Shown here in pieces: positions 40,583 through 52,796 of a DNA stretch of 64,000 nucleotides. Both the position numbers and the translations under genes were made by a program. The stretch is taken from the NCBI RefSeq assembly GCF_006345805.1, contig NC_043018.1, positions 17,422,001 through 17,486,000 of the forward strand. Reading direction: 5' to 3'. The notes under the pieces are model-generated. The model was not told the origin of the DNA. It worked only from the letters and a program-made list of their open reading frames with translations, and did no database searches. Origin of the DNA: Octopus sinensis (lineage: Eukaryota). How positions within the stretch are numbered: position 1 is the stretch's first letter; each line of letters opens with the position of its first letter.

Positions 40583-40769
40583 TAGAGGGCATTATACATA
40601 CATGCCAGAAGGCATATACATACATGCCACACGCTAAGAGGGACAATTAGTCATTTCTACCTTTTTTTGGAGAAAGGACTAATTGTCCCACTTAGCGGGG
40701 GCATGTATGTATTAATGCCTTCTGCATGTATGTATAATGCCTTCTGGCATGTATGTATAATGCCCTCTA
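40583..40769. mobile_element. Fold-back MITE with subterminal repeats and probable TA TSD
   Basis: TA-GAGGGCATTATACATACATGCCAGAAGGC...GCCTTCTGGCATGTATGTATAATGCCCTC-TA; inner arms CGCTAAG.GGGACAATTAGTC / GACTAATTGTCCC.CTTAGCG. Confidence 0.8.
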
Positions 40770-41280
40770 ATATAAATTAATATGTTCAATAAGAAATAAT
40801 TATTTTCGAAATTTTTTCTCTTATGAGGTTTTCACGCTATCTACCTGACAATTTCTTGTTAAGTTTTCCTTATTAAGTAGTTGTCCTTAATTGCTATATA
40901 TATATATATATATACAGAGGGAGAGAGAGATTTTATGTGTATGCGTATATGTATTTACTTGTATGTTTGCATAGTTGGATAGATAGATAGATAGATAGAG
41001 ATAGGTAGATAGATAGATAGATGAAAGTACACCTTTACATTCAAAATAAATGTTTTCAACATGATCATTAACACGTTAATTGCATTCAAATATAGCTGTG
41101 CCTTATCTCGCAATAAGTTTAAATAGAATATGCCATTCCAATTGTGACGCCTCTGGGGAACATATTTCGCAATTTGTTTATTAAACGATTCTGAATAAAT
41201 TTTGAAACACATAAATATGTTCCTTCTCACACGCCCACGTAAAATGTCGCATCATCCGATCACCGAACTTAGTTACTCTT

Positions 41281-41314
<34 letters not shown>

Positions 41315-41316
41315 TC

Positions 41317-41347
<31 letters not shown>

Positions 41348-41372
41348 CTTGTATATATTATATATATTATAT

Positions 41373-41403
<31 letters not shown>

Positions 41404-41987
41404 CGGGTAGTATATTTGACACCTAGATGTGGCGGATCTGGGTTTCTGGTTAGTAACTCGTCTACTCAGAAACTCGGCTCTGTGTGTATCACGTAATGCC
41501 AGAGATTGAAACGATAACTTCCCTTCGCAAATACTAATCGGACACAAACAGTGTGTCGTTAGCCAGCTGTCTTCTGGAGCTATAAACAACAGTAGCATCG
41601 CCACCCACCCACCCTATAGGTCTGCCATATTTAGATTGTCAAAGATACTTCACAATTCCGCGCTGCTACTGAGATTTATTATTGCTTGTTTCTCCCTTTT
41701 TCAAGATCAGCGACAGTTTGTCACTGGAAAAAGTATAGAGTATTTTGCGTTTGGAATGAGTTCTCTTCGTTTCCTTGTGATCATCACACACTGATATATA
41801 TTTAGAATAATAAGGTTGTCAGAGTATTGGTTGATTATAACTTAGATTGGCTTCGGCCACTATCGGCCCAGGCAATAGCCCCACCTGGAAATGTCTTTTA
41901 GTTGATTATTTCGGGACATTATGGACCACTCAATCAGAGTTTATACAAATAGACGCAACCAAGAAAAAGTATTAAAAAAAAAAAAAA

Positions 41988-42306
41988 GACTCCGCCGGTT
42001 ACGACGACGAGGGTCCCAGCTGATACGATCAACGGAACAGCTTGCTCGTGAAATTAACGTGCAAATGGCTGAGCATTCCACAGACACGTGTACCCTTAAC
42101 GTAGTTCTCGGGGATAATCAGCGTGACACAGAGAGTGACAAGGCTGACCCTTTGAAATACAAGTACAACTCATTTTTGCCAGCTGAGTGGACTGGAGCAA
42201 CGTGAAATAAAGTGTCTTGTTCAAGGACACAACGCGTCACCGGGATCGAACTCACAACCTTACGATCATGAGCCGAATGCCCTAACCACTAAGCCACGCG
42301 CCCTCA
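41988..42306 (-). mobile_element. SINE (head H1 + central domain + tail T1) with a 15-bp TSD
   Basis: AAGAAAAAGTATTAA at 41961-41975 and 42308-42322; head shared with 220-503, tail shared with 36824-37210. Confidence 0.9.
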
Positions 42307-43919
42307 TAAGAAAAAGTATTAAGTTGAAAACAAAATACACTAAAAAGAGGAAAAGGGGTCAATAAAGTAAAAGGAAATTACGTGCTTCCCAAACAAAAAA
42401 AATTAAAAGGGGACATGTTTTAGGGAAGATGGCACACTCCTTCCAACGTGAGAAAGTGGTATGACTCGGCCATTATAAAATCAGACTCTCGTTGTAGGAT
42501 GTCAGTAGTAGTAGAGTCGTTGTACGAGCTCTCAGTTGGAGCCAATGCCAGTTACGTGATACATACATACATACACATATATATATATATATGTATTGCA
42601 TTTATCTAAAGTGATATATGTACAGATCTATATTTATGCACATAAGCGCCACGTGCTTTCGTGTTTAACCCACTCCGTGATATTTTCGGCAAATGTCTCC
42701 TGCTATGGCCCTGAGTTCACAAATGCATTATCAGTGAATTTGGTAGACGAAAAATATGTGGAAACCCGTCCATATATAAGTGCCTTTATACCTGTGTTTG
42801 TCTTTCCCACCGCAGCATTTGACATCCCGGACTGGTCACTTTAGGTCGGCAAAAGAAAGCGTTAGAAGTAATAATAGGCTTGGGTTAAATTATAAGTAGT
42901 GTGTTAGATTGTTTGAGGAAAACCATTCAAAGCGGTGCTCTAGTATGGTCGCTGTCCAGTGGCTGAAGTAAGTAAAATTTAAAAGATATGTGTATGCGTG
43001 TCTGCGCATGTGTAACAGTGTTTCAAAGCTGCTTATCAATCATAGAACACGTTGCCACTTCTGCACCTGGTATCATAAAATATTAATCAGCATTTGATAC
43101 TTATTAACAGTCGAGCAAATTGGAGAAATGTGAAAAAATACCATGCTCAAGGACTCAATGTGCTGCCCGATCCAGGAATCGAAACCCACGAACTACAGAT
43201 CATGATCGCAACATCCTAAACACCAGGACACCAAAACACATACACACACACACACAAAGACACACACACACACACAAATACGCACATAGACACACGCGTG
43301 ATTCTACACTTATAGATTACGTTAAGATAAGTAGGGGCGTGTACTTGTGTATATGCGTATGAATGAACGTATATCGTTGAATACGTGTGAGCAAACAGTG
43401 GTGGTAGGTATTCAGTCAGCAGTCATATCCCATTAAATAGCTCCACATGAGATTTTAACAGTCATTAGAGAACGAGTGAGAAAATGAAAGCAGATACACC
43501 AAATGCGCCAGCAGGAGGTTTTTTTATGAAACAAAGTTTTTCCATACGAACCTATTTTAATATGCATTACTTTTAGTCAGCCAGTACATTTAGTATTCGT
43601 TTATTTCCTAGATATATATATGTATGAATGGCACAGTTATTTGTATATTTGCATTAATCTCTATGTTTGTATGTATTTAAGTGTAATCTACCTTAAGTAG
43701 TTTCGCTGTAAGATAAACGATGGATATTTTACCGTTACATTTTCTTAACTAGGCGCATTCTTTAAGCTAAGCACAGCCATGTACACTTCTAATGCTAACA
43801 CTAAATATAAATCCCATCAAGCAAACAAAAAATAGAGAAGTATATATACACATATACACTCGGACACACATATACACAATTTCTTATGCGATTGTGCATA
43901 TTGTATACGCATGTATTGT

Positions 43920-43995
<76 letters not shown>

Positions 43996-44930
43996 GGTAC
44001 ATTCCTGCACATGTGTATCTCTATGCGTTTGCAATATAGCGTGTATAACATTCATACGGGAACTTATGTGTAGGAATGCTGCTTGACCAAAAATGGTTAA
44101 ATAATTCGCTTCGCAATCACATCTCACCGGGTTCAATCTTACCGTGCAGTATACTTTAGCATATCTTGTGATTGAATTTGCATCGACCGGAACCTATCGG
44201 AAGAATTGTTCCTGTAGTACAAATATCTACCTTACAATGTGCCACATCAAACATGTTGTGACATCAAGCAATGCTGATACACACAACCAAGAAATCCACT
44301 GAGATGATAACATTCCGGCGTCTTATACTAGAAAAATAACTTTATCGAGGGACCCTCATTCATATCAATCACATTATATTCATGATCACGATGTTGGTTT
44401 CAATGCACATCTTATCATCGCTGACCACTCCTTTATTTTACCAAGCTTCTAATGCTTATACAGAATTTCTAATCATTTGTGAAAAGATGCTTATTAATTG
44501 GATGCGACACCTGTCAGAGAGTTTAGAGATATCCCAAGAGCTATCAGTACCGACGTAAAATATGCGTGTGTAGAATTTCTTTATTCTTGAAGTAAGTAGA
44601 TAATCTTCCATTCCGAATAAACTTGATAAATGGAGATCAGGAAGAATTTTTACGCTTTTGTTTTCATCATCAGTTTTGAGAATTCTTCAACTGATATTGC
44701 GTTTCATGATGAAATACTTACTATTTTGGTAGAAAGGATTGCCAAGGAATATGTTGAAAACAATGGTCTGAGAGAAGTAAATTGCTGAGTTATATTCGAA
44801 TATTATTTGCGACAGGAAAAACGGTGAACATATTCAAACGTAACAATTTTTACAAACCAAAACTGAGGCAACTAAAGAATTCTAAAGTAATTATCTTAAT
44901 TTTGAAGAAAATGAAAATGACGACGACGCC

Positions 44931-44961
<31 letters not shown>

Positions 44962-44984
44962 GTGATGACGAAGGTGGTACTGCT

Positions 44985-45679
44985 AGCTGGCAGAAACGTT
45001 AGCGCGCCGGGCGAAATGCTTAGCGGTATTTCGTCTGCGTTACGTTGTGAGTTCAAATTCCGCCGAGGTCGACTTTGCCTTTCATCCTTTCGGGGTCAAT
45101 AAATTAAGTACCAGTTACGCACTGGGGTCGATGTAATCGACTTAATACCTATGTCTGTCCTTGTTTGTCCCCTCTGTGTTTAGCCCCTTGTGGGTAATAA
45201 AGAAATAGGTACTGCTGCTGCTGCTGCTGATGATGATGATGATGACGACGACAACAAATTCTTAAATTGCCAAAGTCGCTCAGCTATGCTACCTAACATT
45301 ATAAACGTAAAATTTGGCTCTATTATGATGTTAATACTTAGTTTCAATGTATGAAGTTCTGTAAAATGTTATGAAGTTATTGCAAAAGAATTAACGGGAA
45401 TTGTTACACAAATAGCTCTCACTTCATGCAAAAATTATAGCTACTACATATTTCTTTATTACCTACAAGGGGCTAAACACAGCGGGTACAAACAAGGACA
45501 GACATAGGTATTAAGTCGATTACATCGACCCCAGTGCGTAACTGGTACTTAATTTATCGACCCCGAAAGGATAAAAGGCAAAGTCGACCTCGGCGGAATT
45601 TGAACTCACAACGTAACGCAGACGAAATATCGCTAAGCATTTCGCCCGGCGTGCTAACGTTTCTGCCAGCTCGCCGCCT
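44985..45679. mobile_element. Tail-to-tail inverted pair of family-Y SINEs (44985-45207 plus; 45449-45679 minus)
   Basis: Near-identical copies about 240 bp apart. Confidence 0.9.
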
Positions 45680-46190
45680 TATAGCTACTACCTGTGCAAC
45701 ACAAACTGATACGATTCCGTGCATAGCTTTGGTACCGAGAGGGCGGAATATCCATTTTAGCGTCGAAATAAACAGTGACCTTTCATATCAGTTTTTGCTT
45801 CTACAATAAATAAACGTCAGGCACAGCGTCTTAATAAACTAAGATGGAAACAAGCCAAGCCAGCGTTTAGGCCGACAGAACTATAGACCAAATTTGTATA
45901 GTACATGAAATGATAGATTTTAGCTCACACGAAACAAGGCCACCTTATACGAAACTATAGTGATTTAACTAGTATTATAGTCGTAAATAAACTAGTTTAC
46001 TAAAGTACATGTGTTTCGTATTGCTCCTTAAACTATTGTTATGCGTTACTAAGGAAGCATCTTTACATTAAGAAAATGCCTTTGTTATGTAAGTATTCAC
46101 TTTAGAATATTAAATTATCTCTAGGATAAAGGAAAAATAAAAGCTTCAAGTTAATCAAAATCTAGTATGTCTATAAATCAGAATGCTGTA

Positions 46191-46467
46191 TTCTTTTATT
46201 ATTTCAGTCATTTGACTGCAGCCATGCTGGAGCATCGCCTAAAAAAGCTTTTATTCTTTCACCCTCGAAGAAATAGACCCCGATACTTATTCTTTTGTAA
46301 GCCTAGTACTTATTCTATCAGTCTGTTTCGCCGAAACATTATGTTACGGAGACGGATACACACCAACATCGGTTGTCAAGTCTTATTCGGGAACAAAGAC
46401 AGACGTAAAGACACACACATAAATACATACACATCTCTCTCTCTCTCTCTCTCTTCTCTCTATATAT

Positions 46468-46499
<32 letters not shown>

Positions 46500-46625
46500 C
46501 GCTCCTTTCGGTTCCTCTCTACTAAATTCACTCACAAGACTTTGGTCGGCCCGAGATATAGGAGAATACACTTCCAGGACTGAACCCGGAACCGTATGGC
46601 AAGCAGAAAGCGCTCTACCTGCGCC
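46191..46625 (-). mobile_element. Diverged family-X SINE
   Basis: TTTCAGTCATTTGACTGCAGCCATGCTGGAGCA...CTGCGCC. Confidence 0.8.
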
Positions 46626-47223
46626 TATGTATATTGAATTATTTTAACATAGAAGCTGACGCCGTCCAATAACGTGACTATATCAAATGAATATAAGATA
46701 GAATCTGAAAATTTCCTAAGCTATCTTAATATAATACTATCAGATAAAGAAGTAACAAGAAAAAAACTCAAAGCTTATTTGTAGATATCTGCAGGAATTG
46801 TGTTTTGTTGGGGTTTTTTTTTAACAGCAATTGAAATGTTGGGATTGATGTCACTGAAATTCATTGAAATGATTCAACTATTTAAATTATGTTGTGGAAA
46901 TGTAGATCAAAATCAAAATTGACTTTCATAAACGTTATTCATACGATTATTTAGAAAACATACTGGGTTATTATAAGGGTAACAAATAGAAATTATAGCA
47001 TGATATACAATTACTTGAAATGTTTATAAATATATAAATATTAGAAAGCATATTCAAGAAATTCATTTCCTGCTCCCTTTTGTGTGTAGGAATGTAAGGT
47101 TTACAGCAAGCGGCATTTGGAGCATACATATGTAGTACGATACCAGAAAAAACGACACGGAGGACGTAGCTAAATTCTGTATTATTTGAAAGGTTTTTTG
47201 CACACGCACATACATCAAACACG

Positions 47224-47271
<48 letters not shown>

Positions 47272-47471
47272 ATACAATGCCATAAATGGCAGAGAAATAG
47301 CTTGGTGAAATTTTGTTTAGCAATAAGAAAATTAAAAAATCACGATGAATTGTTTCGCAACTATAAAAAAAAATTAATAAATGCGCCCTTTGAAAGGTTT
47401 TTTGCATCAGGTATGTAATTTATTTATTATTAAATATATTATAAATTATTTACATGTTTTATGTTACGAAA

Positions 47472-47725
47472 GTGAAGGCGCGTGGCTTAGTGGTAAGGGT
47501 GTCAGCATCATGATCGTAAGATTGTGGTTTCGATTCATGGGCCGGACGACGCGCTGTGTTCCTCAACAAAACACTTCATTTCACGTTGCTCCAGTCCATT
47601 CAGCTGGCAGAAATGAGTAACGCTGCGATGGACTGGCGTCCCGTCCAACTGGGGAATACATACGGCATTGAAACCGGGGAAACCGGTCCCATGACCCGGT
47701 TAGGCTTTAAAAGGGCGCAGTTATT
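47472..47725 (+). mobile_element. SINE (head H1 + central domain + tail T3)
   Basis: GTGAAGGCGCGTGGCTTAGTGG...CACGTTGCTCCAGTCCATTCAGCTGGCAGAAATGAGT then a tail not seen elsewhere in the window. Confidence 0.8.
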
Positions 47726-47827
47726 TATTTTTTTTATGGTTGCGAAACAATTCATCGTGATTTTTTAAATTTTCTTATTGCTAAACAAAATTTCACCAAG
47801 CTATTTCTCTGTCATTTATGGCATTGT

Positions 47828-47865
<38 letters not shown>

Positions 47866-49510
47866 TGATGTATGTGTGTGTGTGCATATATATATTTAGG
47901 CATATCTGTATGTATGTATATATGACTAAATGTATGTATATATATATGACAAACTAAATCCGAAATCGTGATTACCAAAAACGCCTCTTATGTAGCGACT
48001 GATATATCGTGGGACACTGTCGGTCACGACGACGAGGGTTCCAGTTAAACCGATTAAGGGAACAGCCTGCTCGTGAAATTAACGTGCAAGTAGCTGAGCA
48101 CTATACAGATACGTGTACCTTTAAGATAGTTCTCGGGGAGATTCAGCGTGACACAAAGTGTAACAGAAACAGGAAGAATGAATGAGGGAAATTTGCGGTG
48201 AAAGAGCAGGGTTCACCACTACCCCCTGACGGAGCCTCGTAGGGCTTTAGGTGTTTTCGCTCAGTAAACACTCGCAACGCCCGTTATGGGAATTGAAATC
48301 ACGATCCTACGACTACGAGTCCGTTACCTTAACCACTAGACCATTTCCCATCACGACTGAAATATATGAGTGTTTGTATTAGATTTATACATAAATATTC
48401 ATGCATGTATCTATAAATACATGCACACGCACATACATATAAAACATTCTGTAAAATATTTTTGGACGAAATAATAAATTATATAAAACGTTGTTAATCT
48501 TTGACGATGCATAAAGATATTTTAATTACTATCGTTATTAAAATTCTCAGAAAGATTGCGTTTCCCTCATTAACTCTTTCGTGTAAGGAGAAACTTAAAT
48601 TTAACATACCTCCAGCAACTTGCATGTGTGTGGTGTTCATTTTATCAGAAACAAAATTCAGGTTTCATAAATTGGAGAATTTTATTTTCTGCATGATTTT
48701 CCGATCCAGAAGTTATTATATATATAAGTTTCCTACTTGGAAATATATATATGGAAAAGATAATTAAACAAAAATTGGTCAGGGATTCTATATGCTTAAA
48801 GGCTTTCTCGTAAAGAAAGTAAATATTCCCCAATAAAATATATCTTGATGGATTATTTTGTTATAAATCAGATTGATAGAAAGAAAGATAGATATATAGA
48901 TGCGTTCATATGTATACATACACACGTATATAACTAAGGATACGCATACGTTTACGTGTGTCTGTAAGGGTTTACATACATATAGATTTATTAATTTCTC
49001 ATTGATTGCTAGGTAACTCTCAGATGTAGATAAACGTTGAAAATATTCGAAAATTGTTATCATGGGACATTGAAAATTGATTCGGTTTTATCTTTGTTCT
49101 ATGATTCTAAGATATTAAGTTTCATTATTAAATGTCTTCCGTAAGGATGAATTATAAATTTTCTAAATCACACACACACATATACACACACACTCACAAA
49201 TATACATTCAAGTTCGCACACACGCGTGTGCGCATGCGCATGTACGCACATACACATACAAGTACAACGTATCGTGAAGTTTGAATATAAAATATAACCT
49301 TTTCGGTGGAATATATCAAGGTATCGCAGATTTCTCGTACAGGTGTCAGCAACAGTTGTTTTGGCAGTGACTTGACGGAGAGATTCCATTCATTTTTGTC
49401 CAAGTTCCGAGGCATTTGTGACCACTCCCAACGAAACTGCTGACCCTCATTTCAAAGCACCCCACCAAGTACAGTAGTATTTCGTAAAGCAGGAGATATT
49501 GGAGTATCCG

Positions 49511-49699
49511 TGGAAGGAAGCCATGTGGAGAAACGGTAGACTTGAAGTATTTAGTATATGAAAGGAAGCCATACGGGTAAATAGTAAACTTGAAGTATTT
49601 AGCATATGGAAGGAAGCCACACGGGTAAATAGTAAACTTGAAGTATTTAGTATATGAACGGAAGCCATACGTGTAAATAGTAAACTTGAATTATTTAGC
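49511..49699. repeat. 48-bp minisatellite, about 4 copies
   Basis: GGAAGCC recurs at 49516, 49564, 49612 and 49660. Confidence 0.95.
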
Positions 49700-49799
49700 T
49701 AGGTGTGATATATGTTCGAGGGCCGTTCAAAAAGTATGCGCCAAAACTAAAGCTGCGCGGACGCAATCATTTTGGTGGTAGATTTATTGGTAAATTCCC

Positions 49800-50630
49800 A
49801 GAAAAATAGGTAGAGTGGCGATGGCATAAACCCTTTTATTATTATCAGTTAACGAGGCTTAGAATAGAAAATATAGGACGCTGCATTGAGATCTAGATGA
49901 GCATTAGGTGCACAGAGGAGTAAAATAGATATAATCAAACTATTTTAAAAATCTATGTATTATTATATTTACTATATATAAAAGAGAGGTTGTGTGCTGT
50001 CTGTCTCCTACGATTTAGATTCCTAACTACTCCCACATTTTGCGGTGCAGTTTAACCAAAACCGGGTATCTTATAGTCGTGATTCATATCGAGCCCTTCT
50101 GGGTATTAGCGCTCGTCTACGATGAGTCTACGATTTAAAAAAAAAATTACCATCAATTTTCCCCATATTTAATGCATTTTTGGCATATATAAGGGAAGTA
50201 ACTCTCTAAAAATTTATTATTAGATCTCAGAACGTAAAAAGCTACAGTAACACCCCTCCCCTTTGTGGTTAGCCATATTGAGATGGCTATTATACTTTAC
50301 ATCTCTAAAAATGCTTATATAGTTATTTGCCTTACAAACCCGATCAACGCCGGGCGATACTGCTAGTTTACTATAATAAAAGTAAATATCATTTTTTTTT
50401 TATTACGAAGATATATAAGGAACTTAAAAGGGAAACTTAATGTTTACTTTATTATACTAAATATAATAATACATAGACTTTGCTATATTTTGATTATTTC
50501 TATTTTTACCCTCTGTACTCCTAATGCCCATCTAGATATCATTGTAGCGTCCTATATTTTCTATTTTAGGCGCCGTTAACTGATAATAATAAGATGTTAT
50601 GCCATCCCCATCCCACCTATTTTTCTGGTC
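49800..50630. mobile_element. Older long-TIR fold-back/MITE interrupted by a Helitron
   Basis: Imperfect inverted arms of about 145 bp (about 49800-49945 vs 50485-50630), e.g. TTATCAGTTAAC..ATAGAAAATATAGGACGCT vs AGCGTCCTATATTTTCTAT..GTTAACTGATAA. Confidence 0.7.
49968..50366 (+). mobile_element. Non-autonomous Helitron, second copy
   Basis: Colinear with 12606-13003; ends CCCGATCAACGCCGGGCGATACTGCTAG followed by T. Confidence 0.9.
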
Positions 50631-51315
50631 ATTAACCACTATCTAAATGACTCTCTCTGAGACTTGTTTTTTTATGTGGTCAACTGAATCAATAGCCATA
50701 GAAAATAATGGCTTGGGAGAATATCTAACAATATTAATTTATGACCAGCAACTAGAATTTAACTGTCAACTCATTGTGTCTTAACACTGGGGACATTCGA
50801 TCTTAAGAGGATGGATAAAAATTGTAGCTAGCCCCACTGCGTTTCCATTTCTGCTATTCCAAAATTTTGGTTGCTCCCCTTTAAGCTTATTCTGCCACAT
50901 TAGTAGCAGCAGGGAATTCCTTCCTTCTCAAGCTCTGATGAAATATTTGCTTCAATTATAATAGAATATCATGACTGTTGAAAATGTGTATTTTGCAACT
51001 GCAGATAGAGATGCATTTCAAACGGATGTTATGCTTGCACTGTTTCATTAGACAGAGTCGCCTGAAACAGCCGTATGCCATTAGTACCTTCTCATCCTTT
51101 TTAGATGTTTGCTTTTTATTCACCTTGCTTCGAGCAGTGTGGATAATATCGGACGGGCTTGTTGCATCAACTAAAGTACCTTATTCAACTGAATCTTAAT
51201 TATTTCTTATATATATTTGTGTGTGTGTGTGTTTATGTATATATGTAGGATGTATTTATGTATAAATATATGAATATGTATGTGTAGAAAGACATATAGG
51301 TATAAATATATATAT

Positions 51316-51660
51316 AAAGGGTAAAGACCCCCTTCGCTCATGAGTGACCATGGGTTTGCACCTAGAGAGTTACCCTCTGAGGCACAAGTCTGGGCAAGGT
51401 TGTTTTATGGAAGACCAGTAGTCGCCCATGCATACCGGCCTCCCCTCTCCACGGCACCAGTGTTATCCAAGGGAAAGACAAAGGTCGATACAGCTTGGCA
51501 CCTGTGACGTCGCAACTCATTTCTACAGCTGAGTGAACTGGAGCAACGTGAAATAAAGTGTCTTGCTCAAGAACACAACACGCAGCCCGGTCCGGGATTC
51601 GAGCTCACAACCTCACGATCGTAAGGTCGACGCTCTAATCACTGAGCCATGCGCCTTCAC
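51316..51660 (-). mobile_element. Full-length SINE (H1 + central domain + T2) directly downstream of a 5S copy
   Basis: Reverse complement of 220-503 with the complete 3' tail. Confidence 0.9.
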
Positions 51661-51670
51661 AGGGGGGAAC

Positions 51671-51783
51671 GCTTACGGCACCTAGGGTTCCCAAGCGGTC
51701 ACCCATCTAAGTACTAACTAGGCTCGATGTTGCTTAACTTCGGTGATCGGACGAGAACCGGTGCTTTCAACGTGATATGGGCG

Positions 51784-51785
<2 letters not shown>
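51671..51785 (-). rRNA. Solitary 5S rRNA copy (probable pseudogene; first 3 nt lost, no oligo-T terminator)
   Basis: Minus: TACGCCCATATCACGTTGAAAGCACCGGTTCTCGTCCGATCACCGAAGTTAAGCAACATCGAGCCTAGTTAGTACTTAGATGGGTGACCGCTTGGGAACCCTAGGTGCCGTAAGC, a molluscan-type 5S with recognisable A and C boxes. Confidence 0.93.
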
Positions 51786-51858
<73 letters not shown>

Positions 51859-51988
51859 ATATAATATATATAAACATATATATATATATACATATATATA
51901 TATATCTAATATATATATATTACATATATATTATAAATATTATAATATATAATATATTATATATATCTATAATATATATATATAATAC

Positions 51989-52019
<31 letters not shown>

Positions 52020-52033
52020 CATATAATATATAC

Positions 52034-52064
<31 letters not shown>

Positions 52065-52077
52065 ACTTATATATATT

Positions 52078-52125
<48 letters not shown>

Positions 52126-52302
52126 CATATATATACATATATTATATATATGTATATATATAACATCTATATATATACATATATATATATACCTATATAT
52201 ATATACATATATATATATATACATATATATATATTATATATATCACATATATATATATCTATATATATATATATATATATATATAATATCTATATATATA
52301 TA

Positions 52303-52345
<43 letters not shown>

Positions 52346-52675
52346 TATAAGATGGAAAGGGACACACAGTTTATATATACGAAATAACAAGTCAAGATAG
52401 GAAATGCTAAAATAATTTTAATAGGAACATTTCAGTACCAATTCAGTCATTTGAGACCATTTGAGACCTTTTCAACTGTAAAAATTAAAAATTAAATTTA
52501 GAAAAATTAAAAGAAAAGTTTTTTAAAGATTTTTGTATATGTTTTCAAATATATGTGGCATTTTCCTGGTTTCCGCCTGTCTCTGTCTCTCTCTATGTTT
52601 ACTCTTGTAGGTTCAAGGTCCATATATATATATATATATATATTAATATATAATATATATATATTATATATTATC

Positions 52676-52796
<121 letters not shown>

